A stretch of DNA of 64,000 nucleotides from Phyllobates terribilis (Eukaryota). This document shows positions 36,192 through 48,115 of this stretch, one piece after another. The stretch spans positions 51,708,001 through 51,772,000 of the forward strand of contig NW_027362769.1 in the NCBI RefSeq assembly GCF_046119375.1, written 5' to 3'. Each line of letters starts with the position of its first letter. Position 1 is the stretch's first letter. Position numbers and translations under genes: made by a program. The notes below the pieces were generated by a model. It saw nothing but the letters and a program-made list of their open reading frames with translations. It did no database searches and was not told the origin of the DNA.

Positions 36192-36626
36192 AGAGTACCT
36201 CCACTTTCACAAGAAAACAATTATAGTGCTGGACTCTGCAGTATAATCATTTTTCGAAATTACTCTATTAGTGTTTTTTTCTGATAACCTGCAGCACCGG
36301 ACCGCCAGAAGTCCCTGCATGCTGTGGGCAATGCTAAACTATGCAATTTATAGACTAAAGTATGGGCGGTCCGTACTGTCTGTAATTGGCAGAAATCATG
36401 CAAAAAATGAGGAGTATGGTGGTTCAAAATCAGCGCTGGCCGAGATATACTCACACACAAAGGTGAAGCATGAATGCAGTTTATTGTGTCAACGCGTTTC
36501 AAGGTTTTCAAACCTCTTCATCAGGACTGAACCATTGGCAGAAATCACTAATAGAGTTATTTAGAAAATGATTAGACAGCAGAATCCAGCACTATAATTG
36601 TTTACTTGTAAAAGTAGGGATAAGCT
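36192..36626. mobile_element. TTAA-flanked fold-back MITE containing a hammerhead motif
   Basis: TTAA on both sides; about 48-bp imperfect TIR (..ACAAG.AAACAATTATAGTGCTGGA.TCTGC). Confidence 0.75.
36488..36527 (-). ncRNA. Minimal hammerhead ribozyme motif
   Basis: Minus strand GUC-CUGAUGA-AGAGGUUUGAAAACCUU-GAAACGCGUU-GAC; helix III ACGCGU; GUU triplet; 3-bp stem I. Confidence 0.7.
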
Positions 36627-37639
36627 TTAAGTTAAAGGGGTGGTGGGAAACTAATAATGATCTTCACCCTAAATGTCTATTTACTTTAACCCCTTAACGC
36701 CCAATGAGGGACACTGCACGTCATGAACGAGTGTAAGTTAACGTTCCTTGCCGCGCAGTGTCCGTCATGGCTTTAAACTGTCACTGCGTGTAAACACACA
36801 GTGACAGTTAAGTGCCGACAACTGTCTGTGACAGCTGAGTGGCACAAGAAGGGGTGCAGGGGTCAACCATGCCAGCAGTCCCCACACCCAGATCGCTGCG
36901 ATCGGTCAGTCAATCTGACTGACCGATCTCAGCATGATCGCCCAGGAGATGCTGTAATATCAGCACCTCCTGCACGATCAGTGACTGAGCTGCGGCACTA
37001 AACAGCCAGGAGCGGTGTCAGCGCCGCCCCTGGCTGTTAACCCCCTGAATGCTGCGATCAAGCGCGATAGCAGCATTCAGGAGGCAGGCAGAGGGATGGG
37101 AGCTTCTTCTGTCTTCAGATCGGTGCCGGGGCCCGATCGTTGCCATGGTGACCCGGGGTCGTCATAACAACCACCGTGTCACCAACCTACGGAAAGCTCA
37201 CAGCATGGTCTCAGGAGCTTTCACTATAGGTATAATGTACTGCAATGCTAGTGCATTGCAGTACATTATAACGGCGATCAAAGAGAAAAAAGTGAAAAAA
37301 GTAAAAAAAATGGTAAAAAATAATATTACAAAATGATAATAATAATATTGACTAATAAATACACATTTTTATGTAAAAATAAATAAATAAAGTACACATA
37401 TTAGGTATCGCCGCGGAATAGAAAGTGATCAAAATATGTCATGTGCCCGAAAATGTCAACTCGTCCCGCAAAAAACAAGCCCTTACACGACTGTCCCAGA
37501 GGAAGATTCCCTATAATGAGGCAGATGAAGGCACTGTGGACGCTGGCCTATGATCCGGCAGTGTCCGTCTTTTTATGCATGCATAAAAGCGTGCTCGGTC
37601 ACGCTGACACACCTGTGGTGTCAATATGATCACTGCACC

Positions 37640-39100
37640 CCTAGATGAGTTCATTGAGAGGTGTAGTTTGTAAAATGGGGTCACTTATGGGGATTTCTGC
37701 TGTTATGGCACCTCAGGGGATCTCGTAGTGGGTCATGGCACCCTCAAACCCTAACAGTAAAATCTACACTATAATATAGTTCTCCTTCCCTTTTGACCTT
37801 TGTACTATGCCTCAAAAGTAGTTCCTAATTACATGTAGGGTGTTGGCGTACTCAGAAGAAATTGCGCAACAAAATGAGAGGTAAATTTTCTCCTGTTACC
37901 CTTGTGAAAAGAAAAAATTTGGGGCTAAAAGAAAATTTTTGTGGAAAAAAATTGATTTTTTTATTTTCATGGCTCTACGTTATAAACTTCTGTGAAGCAC
38001 CTGGAGGTTTAAAGTGCTTACCACACATCTAGATAAGTTCCTTGAGGGGTCTAGTCTCCAAAATGGGGTCACTTGTGGGGGGTTTCCGCTGTTTAGGCAC
38101 ATCAGGGGCTCTACAAATGCTACATGGCGTCCGCTCTCAATTCCAGCCAATTTTGCGTTCAAAAAGTCAAATGGCGCTCCTTCCATTCCAAGCCCTGTCG
38201 TGCGCCCAAACAGTATTTTCCACCCACATATGGGGTATCAGTCTACTCGGGAGAAATTGCACAACAACTTTTTCAGTCAATTTTCTCCTGTTATCCTTGT
38301 GAAAATAAAAAATTAGGGATAAAACTTCATTTTTGTGGAAAAAATTTGATTTTTTATTTTCACGGCTCTACGTTATAAACTTCTGTGAAGCACCTGGGGG
38401 TTCAATGTGCTCACGACACATGTAGATAAGTTCATTGCGGGGTCTAGTTTCCAAAATTGGGTCACTTGTGGGGGGTCTCTATTGTTTAAGCACATCAGGG
38501 GCTCTCTAAACGCGACATGGCGTCCGCTAATTATTCCAGAAAATTTTGAATTCAAAAAGTCAAATGGTGCTTCGTCCCTTCCGAGCCCTGCCATGTGCCC
38601 AAATAGTGGTTTTCCCCCACAAATGGGGTATCAGTGAACTCAGGAGAAATTTCACAAAAACTTTTGTGGTCCATTTTCTCCTGTTACTCTTGTGAAAATA
38701 AAAAAATTGAGACTAAAAGTTCATTTTAGTGGAAAAAATATTTTTTTATTTTCACGGCTCTACGTTATAAACTTCTGTGAAGCACCTGGGGGTTCAAGGT
38801 GCTCACCACACATCTAGATAAGTTTATTGAGGGGTCTAGTTTCCAAAATGGTGTCACTTGTGGGGGGTTTCCACTGTTTAGGCACATCAGGGGCTCTCCA
38901 AATGCGACATGGCGTACGCTAATTATTCCAGCAAATTTTGAATTCAAAAAGTCAAACGGTGTTTCGTCCCTTCCGAGCCCTGCCATGTGCCCAAATAGTG
39001 GTTTTCCGCCACGTATTGGCTATCGGCATGGTAAGGAGAAATTGCACAATACATTTTGGCATACATTTTTGTCTGTTACCCTTGTGATAAAAAATTGGGT
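37640..39100. repeat. About 392-bp tandem repeat inside piggyBac copy B
   Basis: GGCTCTACGTTATAAACTTCTGTGAAGCACCTGG at 37971, 38364 and 38756. Confidence 0.92.
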
Positions 39101-39480
39101 CTAAATTAAATTTTTTGTGAAAAAAAGTTAAATGTTAATTTTTTTCTTCCTCATTGCTTCAGTTCCTGTGAAGCACCTGAAGGGTTAATAAACTTCTTGA
39201 ATGTGGTTTTGAGCTCCTTGACGGGTGCAGGTTTTAGAATGGTATGAATTTTTAGTATTTGCTGTCATAAAGGCCACTCAAAGTCACTTCAAATGTGATG
39301 TGGTCCCTAAAAAAAATGGTTTTGTAAATTTTGTTGAAAAAATGGAAATCGCTGGTCAACTTTTAACCCTTCTAACTTCCTAGCAAAAAAAATGTGTTTC
39401 CAAAATTGTGCTGATGTAAAGTAGACATGTGGGAAATATTATTTATTAACTATTTTGTGTGACATATCTCTCTGATTTAA

Positions 39481-42400
39481 CCCCTTTACCCCCAAGGGTG
39501 GTTTGCACGTTAATGACCAGGCCAATTTTTACAATTTCGACCAGTCACTTTATGAGGTAATTACTCTGGAACGCTTCAACGGATCCCCCTGATTCTGAGA
39601 TTGTTTTTTCGTGACATATTGTACTTCATGATTGTGGTAAAATTTCTTCGATATCACTTGCGTTTATTTGTGAAAAAAACAGAAATTTGGCGAAAATTTT
39701 GAACATTTTGCAATTTTCAAAATTTGAATTTTTATGTCCTTAAATCAGAGAGATATGTCACACAAAATAGTTAATAAATAACATTTCCCACATGTCTACT
39801 TTACATCAGCACAATTTTGTAACCAAAATTTTTTTTTTGTTAGGGAGCTATAAGGGTTAAAAGTTGACCAGCGATTTCTCTTTTTTCCAACAAAATTTAC
39901 AAAACCATTTTTTTAGGGACCACATCACATTTGAAGTCACTTTGAGAGGTATTTATGACAGAAAATACCCAAAAGTGACACCATTCTAAAAGCTTGGAAC
40001 CCCCAGGTGCTTCACAAATTGATTTGTAAAAATGAAAAAGTGGAAAAAAAAACACTGTTTTATTTTTACGGATTAATTTGTGAAGCACCTGGGGGTTCCA
40101 AGTGCTCACTATGCATCTAGATAGGTGCCTTGGGGGGTCTAGTTTCCAAAATGGGGTCACTTGTGGGGGAGTTCCAATGTTTAGGCACACAGGGGCTCTC
40201 CAAACGCGACATGGTGTCCACTAACAAATTGGAACCATGTCGCGTTTGGAGAGCCCCTGTGTGCCTAAACATTGGAGCTCCCACACAAGTGACCCCATTT
40301 TGGAAACTAGACCCCCCAAGGCACCTATCTAGATGCATAGTGAGCACTTGGAACCCCCAGGTGCTTCACAAATTGATTCGTAAAAATGAAAAAGTGGAAA
40401 AAAAAACACTTTTTTTATTTTTACGGATTAATTTGTGAAGCACCTGGGGGTTCCAAGTGCTCACTATGCATCTAGATAGGTGCCATGGGGGTCTAGTTTC
40501 CAAAATGGGGTCACTTGTGGGGGGAGCTCCAATGTTTAGGCACACAGGGGCTCTCCAAACGCGACATGGCTCCAATTTGTTAGCGGACACCATGTCGCGT
40601 TTGGAGAGCCCCTGTGTGCCTAAATATTGGAGCTCCCCAAGTGACCCCATTTTGGAAACTAGACCCCTAAGGGAACTTATCTGGATGTGTGGTGAGCACT
40701 TTGAACCCCCAAGTGTTTTGCAAAGGTTTATGACGTAGAGCCGTGAAAAAAAACATTTTTTTTCCACAAAAACGCTCTTTTAGCCGCAATATTTTTATTT
40801 TCACGAGGGTACTAGGAGAAATTGGACCCCAAAAGTTGTTGTGCAATTTCTCCTGAGTACGCTGATACCCCATGTGTTGGAGAAAACTACTGTTTGGGCG
40901 CATGTCAGGGCTCGGAAGGTAAGGAGTGACGCTTTGGAATGCAGACTTTGATGGAATGGTCTGCGGGCGTCATGTCACGTTCTCAGAGCCCCTGATGTGC
41001 CTAAACGGTGGAAATGCCCAACAAGTGCCCCCTTTTTGTAACGGATACCTGATTTGTCAATTTTATAATGTAGTGTTATACGCCAGTTGTGTAGGAGAAC
41101 CTGACAAACACTACACAACTGAAGTATGACAACCTGACGAACACTACGTCAGCTGTGTAGTGTTCGTCAGGTTGTCATACGTCAGAAATTAATTCAATAG
41201 TCCATGGAAGTATGGTACCTTTTGAAGCAGTCTTTCATGCAGAGGCCAGGTTTGTCGGGGCAGGTGTCACATTGGTAAATGATGTCCTTGCGTATTCCCC
41301 TTCGGTAACACTCTCGGCACTTCTTTTGTGACTTACCTTTTTTTCCGCTGTGAGAGATCTGCCCCGGGAAATGCTGGCCCAGTACAATTCGAGGTCCTTC
41401 AGTTCCAGAAGTAGTGGGGCCCGCTCCGCCACCACTGCCAAATATCATGGCCTTGATAACTGTCTCCTGAAAGTGAAGATACGACGCAGAAGTCTGGCCT
41501 GCACATTTTGACAGAAGGAAAGCGTTGTGCATTGCCATCTGAACAATGTGCACGGCCAGCTTCTTATACCATACCTTGGCCTTTCTCAAAGCACTGTACG
41601 GCTGGAGGACTTGATCGGAGAGATCAACTTCCCCCATGTACTAGTTGAACCCCACTACACAGTCTGGTTTGGCGACCTGTGTAGTGGAACCTCTTACAGT
41701 GCTGAGGGTGCTGCCATCACCATGTATGGTGGTCAAGAGAAGGACATCCCTCTTATCCTTGTACTTGACCACCAATAGGTGGTCGCTACATTGGGCTCTG
41801 CTCTCACCCCTTCTGAGCAGCTGCCAAATTAGCGTCTTTGGGAGGCCTTTCTGATTTTTGCGGACAGTACCGCAAGCTGCGGTATGTCGCGCAGAGAGGG
41901 ACTTGAAGAGCGGGATACTTGTATAAAAGTTATCCACGTACAGGTGATAACCTTTATCCAGCAGTGGGTGCACCAAGTCCCACACAATTTTCACACTCAC
42001 TCCCAGAACAGGGGGGCATTCAGGGGGTTCAATCCGGGAGTCCTTCCCTTCACAAACTCTAAACTTGTGAGTGTACCCTGAGGTACTCTCACAAAGTTTA
42101 TACAGCTTGATCCCGTACCTGGACCTTTTACTGGGCAGGTACTGCCGGAATCCAAGCCGCCCCTTAAAATAAATTAAGGACTCATCCACGCAGATGTCCC
42201 TTTGGGGCACGTACACTTCACCAAACTTGTTGTTGAAGTGCTAGATGACCGACCCAACTTTGAAAAGACTATCAAAGTTCGGGTCATCGCGTGCAGGACA
42301 CCTTGCATTATCTTGGTAATGCAAGAACTTGTGGATGGCCTCAAAATGTGTCCGGGTCATGACCATTCGGAACACTGGAGTGTTATACAAAACGTCAACA

Positions 42401-44452
42401 CTCCAGTATTGCCGAACCTCTGGTTTTTTCAGGATCCCCATATGAAGGACCAGGCCCCAAAACTTCATCATTTCTTCTGCGTCTACAGGAGACCAGTTAG
42501 AAAATGATGAAGACGAGTTTGGTTCCAAAAATTGATGAGCATACAAATTAGTTTGGCCCACCATGAGGTTTATAAAATCCTCAGAGAAAAAGACTTTGAA
42601 AAAGTCTATTTCTGTGAGGCCGGTGGTGTCAAACTTGATTCCTGATTCCGCCATGAAATCAGGAATCAGTGGCTCAAAATTTTTGGGGGGCAAGGTCCAT
42701 ACGGGATCAGTAGTGGGGGGCGCTGGAACATCTTCTCTCCTGCGACGACTGCGGGGCGGTCCAGCAGCACCTGAGGAGGAAGAGGAGGAAGAAGAGGAGG
42801 AAGAGGAGGACGATGAGGCGTCGGAAAAATAAAGAAATGTGGCATCCTCGCCCTCGCTGTCAGTCTCAGTGTCGGAGGCAACAATAGCGTATGCCTCTTC
42901 CGCTGAATAGCAAGTTTGGGATGAGCCGGACATTTTTTTTTTCTCGTGTATGTGGTGCGTGTGTGTCAGTACTTTATTTAGAGTGTGTGTGTGTCAGTGT
43001 GCTTGGTGTGAACTTTTTTTTCTGAAAAAAAAAGAGAAAAAAAGGAACTACCGTAGGTGGTTCAAACAGCGAGCACGAGTGCGGATCGGTGAACTATGTC
43101 ACCAATCAACTCTCGGCAGCTGCTGGGTGTGTGCGCGGATGTGGTGCAAAGGTGGGGGGGGGGAATTGACAGGGACAAGAAAAAGTCCTGAAAAGCAGCG
43201 AGCACGGACGTTGACACTGCTCAGCGCTCGGCCGCTGCAGGACGCACGAAAAAAAAAAAACTGGGGGGGAGGAGGATTGGGGGCAAAAGGAGGGGGGGGG
43301 AGAAGTGGGGGAGAGGGGTGGATGACGGGAGAACAGAGATGGACTTACCAAAGTCTTCTCTGTTCTTCTTTCAGCAGGATCAGCAGCAGGTTCTGGAAGA
43401 GGCTCTGGAGCAGGATCCGCAGCAACAGGACGCCGGAGCAGGAGATCCAGGACCATGGAGACCGCAGCAGGACGCCGGAGCAGGAGATCCAGGACCCTGG
43501 AGACCGCAGCAGGATGCCGGAGCAGCAGCAGTAACTGGAGCAGGTAAGAGAAAGGTCTTATAGTGTAACAGAAGATTCTGTGGCACTACAAGGCCCAGCA
43601 CAGCGCAGATCAGACGTGACCGCTCTGTAGAAATCCTCACCAAGTGTGAGGATCTGCAGGGCGGTCAAGGGGGGTGACAGGGTGGTGACAGGCAGGTCAC
43701 AGGCCGGTCACCACCTGGTCACCTCCCGGTCAGGTACTCTGATTGGTGCGATCGATGATGACATCGATCGCACCAATCAGAGATGGCTGGGGCCTGGGCA
43801 CGCACCAGAGGGGGTCACATGGAGGTGACAGGCAGATCACAAGCCGGTCACCGCCCTGTGACCGCCCTGTGACCTGTGTTCAGGTACTCTGATTGGAGCG
43901 ATCGATGTCATCATCGATCGCTCCAATCAGAGCTGGCTGGGGGCTGGCTGGGGGATATATGACATCACAGGGGGTCATGGGGAGGTGACAGGCAGGTCAC
44001 AAGCCGGTCACCGCCCCGTAACCGCCCTGTTACTGCGCGGTCCCGCTGTGATCGGTGCGATCGATTTGATCGGCGATCGTACCGATCCTAGCAGTTTGGG
44101 GAGAGGGCTGGGGTTACTAGGCAACAGCCTAGGATCGGTGCTTTTAGGAGCACCGATCCTAGGCTGCACATCACTGTTTCCGGCAATCTGATTGCCGGAA
44201 ACAGTGAGAAATGCTGTGATTGGCTGTTCAGAATTGAACAGCCAATCACAGCGATCGTGGGTGTGAAGGGGCGGCGACACCCCCCGAGATGCCGGCGCCA
44301 TCTACCCTAAGGTAAGATGGCACCGTAATTTTAATGCTATCACTGCGACTTCGGTCGCGGTGCCGCATTAAAGATAGGGCGTATAAATACATATCTGGTC
44401 CATAAGGCCCAGGGCACAGATACGTATTAATACGCCCTATGTCGTAAAGGGG
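39481..44452 (-). mobile_element. Transposase-bearing piggyBac element (inner copy C, 4972 bp)
   Basis: TTAA|CCCCTTTACC ... GTAAAGGGG|TTAA; flanks rejoin to TCTCTGATTTAAGGGCATAA, an internal site of copy B. Confidence 0.95.
41194..42933 (-). pseudogene. piggyBac (PGBD4-like) transposase with two frameshifts
   Basis: CVDESLIYFKGR, YVDNFYTSIPL, VDLSDQ (three catalytic D present); C-terminal Cys-rich CREC..CDTC..LC..CF..YH; frameshifts near 42245 and 41640. Confidence 0.95.
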
Positions 44453-45599
44453 TTAAGGGCATAACAATTCTAAGTTTGAAAAGTGCAAAATTTTCAAAAT
44501 TTTCACCAAATTTCTGTTTTTTTCACAAATAAACGCAAGTCGTATTGAATAAATTTTACCACTATCAAGAAGCACAATATGTCATGAAAAAACAATGTCA
44601 GAATCAGTGGGATCTGTTGAAGCGTTCCAGAGTTATTACCTCATAAAGTGACAGTGGTCAAATTTAAAAAATAGGGCCCGGTCATTAACCTACAAAGTGG
44701 CTCGGTCCTTAAGGGGTTAATAAATATAATCATTTTTCTAATATGGTTTAATTAAAAAGTCCCTTACCCTATCTAATCTAGCTGCTTTATTTTATTTTTT
44801 TTTATACCTAATTCCGGTTTGATAACGCTTTGTTTGAGAACCCCCAGTGCATGCTGGGATACTTAAACGAGACATCATCAGGGGGCAGAGGCTGGGGTCA
44901 CTGCCACAGCTTCTGTCCCCACCCTGAAATGAAGCGTCATCAGTGATATCCATTTAAGGGGCTGGGCTATTCCCTACTCTATTGAGCATGCATCGATTGT
45001 TAATTCCGACGTATACTTGGTACGAGCTCCCTTCTTACTGTACAAGATTCTCAGTTCACAATGACAGTGCGCTCCATCACCAGCTGTAATGAGAAGTGAC
45101 GAGCCAGCAAAAGAGCGCACTGTCAGTGCGCATTGTGAGGAGAGAACGCGGCTAGCAGAGACCAGCCCCACCCTCAAAAGTGACGTCTGTTTCGGGGGCA
45201 GGGCTGGTCTCTGCTCACCTCACAATAAGAAAGGAGCTTGCACTGGGCATATGTCCGAATTGAAAACTGATGCATGCTCAGTAGAGCGGGGACTAGCCCA
45301 GCCTCTGAAACGGAGGTCACTGATATAGCTTCATTTCAGGGTGGGGACAGAGGCTACGGCAGTGAACTCAGCCTCTGCCCCCTGATGAAGTCCTGTCCCG
45401 TTTGAGTATGCCAGCATGCACTGGGAATTCTCAAACGAAGTGTCATCAAAATGTAAATAGGTAAAAAAATAAAAGCAGTTAGATTAGAGCGGGAAGGGAC
45501 ATTTTAATTAAACCATATTGGAAAAACTATTATATTATTAAAATAAATCGAGAGACATTCAGGGTGAAAATCAATATTAGTTTCGGACTACCCCTTTAA

Positions 45600-45984
45600 G
45601 TTCCCACGATGAGTATTTGGTGCATTTTTTACTTTACATATTTTCGCTGCACAGAAACTGCAGCGTCTTACATTTCCAGCAAAGTGGATGGGATTTATAG
45701 AAATCTAAAAAGGTCTGTAAATCCGCACATGACTGTATCGATAAAGTTTATCAAAATCATAAAATCATATACCAGGAAGTATCAGAAACAAAGCAACGTT
45801 ATATAAAACATCACATACTAAAAAGAGACAAAAACTACAGCTGAAAAAAACACAATAAAGAAGCCTGTAAAAAAATGCACTAAAAAACACAATGAAAAAA
45901 TGCAAATAACTAATAGTTTAGCTAATAGGAGCTAAAATCTGCAACATCAAAAACTCATCAAATCCTCATTGTGAGAACATAGCC
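45600..45984. mobile_element. Harbinger-like MITE, degenerate left end
   Basis: GTTCCCACGATGAG.ATTTGGTGC ... GTGAGAACATAGCC; same family as 63362-63806. Confidence 0.65.
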
Positions 45985-46059
45985 TTTATGTCCTATATTT
46001 TCTGAATATTTCTTTGACGTTTTGAGGGCAATGTTCGTACACTGTTTGTATCAGCATGT

Positions 46060-46400
46060 ACTAAGTAATTGCACCAACTTTACTGCTGGTATGTGAACAC
46101 ATCCCTGAGGGCTCCCGCACTCCTCCACTTGCTACCAGGGTAACACCAGAAACAATCTGTTTTAACAATGAGGAGCAGTGAAGAGTTTCAGAGAACAACT
46201 TGGGACAGTGCAGTCTATGGCAACCATTGCAGGGCAGACAACACAAACAGTGTGAGCAATGGGCGGGACTGGAAATCCTGTCACAAATCTCTTCTAATAT
46301 ACGGATCCCGTTCTGGATAAGTCTGTGCACCACTATCCATCTCTCAGGATTTATTAAAAGGAGACGGCTTCCTGCCCTGGAGGTTGGCAGCCCTGGCATG
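46060..46400 (-). pseudogene. Possible PIF/Harbinger transposase remnant
   Basis: Only a frameshift-corrected GV.GAL.GCVHIP-like segment and RFVTG resemble the G.IGAIDG.HIP and RF.ATG motifs; highly degraded. Confidence 0.3.
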
Positions 46401-47254
46401 TGAGAGTGCAGGGCTTTGGGAGGTCTGCCATTGCTGGAGGTCCGCCATGAAAGATGTCAACTCTATCACTCCTGAGCCGTGGGAATGCCCAGATGGTCAA
46501 AACCTCTCAAGAGAAGCTAGTGGTTTATTATGAGCCAGAGGTGAGATGATATTTCAGATAATGAACATGGGGGATTTTGTGTGTATGTGCAACATATATT
46601 TCTATTTTATTATTTTATCACTCATATCAATGTTTCTGACAACCAATATACAATATTCCTCAAACCACCATATAAAACACTGTCTACTATATGTACAGCT
46701 ACAACTATTCCCAAAGCACTGGATAGCTTTCTCTGCATTTCTCTATAAATTATTGTGCACCTCTCACCACACAAGTAACTAGAGTCTTATGGGACCCAAG
46801 ACGACATAATTTGGACCCGCTCCCCTGCCATCCACTAGCATGTCGCTCAGATGTGTAGGCCCCAGTAGGTTTGATAGAGTCTGTGTTGGCACCCAATAAA
46901 GAATAATAGAAATATAATTTATAAATCTGACAGAAAAGCATGGCAATAAGATAATTTGTTAAGTAATAAATCTAAATAAACATAGTCATATAGTTACAGA
47001 AGAACAGATATTATCCCCATACTAATACTGAACAAGGTTCACTATAACAAGACCAATATACCAATAATACCAGATAGGAGACAAATACCGCCACTCCATG
47101 ACCATATATTCCTCCTCATAGTGTTTGAGTATGACCACCATTGTGTTACTGAACAAAACCCACAGTACCAAGACCAATATGTCAATATTATCACATTCAA
47201 GGGCTAAATATCGTCACACTATGAGCAGACCATATGTTACCATCACATAGTGAC

Positions 47255-47534
47255 TAGGGATGAGAGGACTCGTGTACGTTCAGGTTCTGGTACCCGACCT
47301 TTAGTCCAAAGTTCGGTTCGGGTAGCGGAACTGTACCCGAACTTGAACCTGAACCTGAACCCCATTGAAATCAATGAGGACCTGAACTTTGGATCTCTCT
47401 TTCTCCTCCCGGACTTCCTCCGAAACTCCAAACGTTAAAACGGACTTCTGGGAGAAGTCTGTGTTTGGAGTTTAGCACCGGACACTTGTCCGTTATGAAC
47501 CCTGAACTTTTAAGTTTGGGTTCTCTCAGCTCTA
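47255..47534. mobile_element. hAT-type MITE (280 bp)
   Basis: TAGGGATGAGAG / CTCTCAGCTCTA; perfect 8-bp TSD ATAGTGAC. Confidence 0.9.
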
Positions 47535-48115
47535 ATAGTGACTGAATAATACCACCATGTTGATTATTAATAATAATCACAGTACTAATACCACCCCAAA
47601 GAATGACCATATAGTGGAAGGTAATAGCATGTACAGACCAGAAACTCAAGACATCCAGCAGTGCTGTCTCCAATTGAAGTAATTCCCTTTTGCCTTTCTT
47701 TTTCTTCGTCTGGCGCACACTACTTTAACTTCTTCCAGCCAGGGCTAGTTACTGCAAATTGCTGTACACATATATCTATGACTGGTCACATCTAGAGTAC
47801 CTTCCCCACCTTTCCCCCATTTCTAACAGTACCAGTACCTCCCTTTTGTCCCATAGTGACAGTATTCCCAAAATAAAACACAATACAGTAGTTATGTTCC
47901 CCTGTGTCCTCAGTAAAGTAATAATGCTTATGTCCCCTTTGTGCTCAAAAACTGTAGAATTTCTCCCATTCTGGCACCAAGTTGTACAGTAGTATTTCTC
48001 ACCACTTATGCTCCATACAGATGTAACATTTCTCTTTGTGTTCCTGATAGAGTAGTAATATTTCACTTTGTGGCCCCATACATTACTAATATCCACTTAT
48101 GTGCCCCCTATTTTG

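Larger units (their letters stand above)
36690..44716 (-). mobile_element. Non-autonomous piggyBac-type element (outer copy B, about 3.05 kb net)
   Basis: TTAA|CCCCTTAA ... TTAAGGGG|TTAA; 44460-44716 is the reverse complement of the family's left end. Confidence 0.9.
36636..45595. mobile_element. Palindromic T2/Kolobok-like MITE (about 0.93 kb net) split by nested piggyBacs
   Basis: TTAA|AGGGGTGGTGGGAAACTAATAATGAT ... ATCAATATTAGTTTCGGACTACCCCT|TTAA; rejoining 36636-36689 with 44721-45595 restores a long fold-back. Confidence 0.85.

Noticed and set aside
37980-40903. Family of repeated 70-130 aa ORFs
   Set aside because: By-products of the 392-bp repeat and palindromes; present on both strands with no known domain.
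41194-42933. Host PGBD4 gene
   Set aside because: Inside TIRs with TTAA TSDs and frameshifted twice.
42563-43643. Glu-rich and Lys/Gly-rich ORFs (42563-42832, 42950-43534 and others)
   Set aside because: Antisense of the transposase poly-Ser tract or low-complexity subterminal DNA.
44860-45400. CTGATGA motifs in the palindromic MITE (also CTGACGA at 41134 and 27571)
   Set aside because: No downstream GAAA, helix III or stem I.
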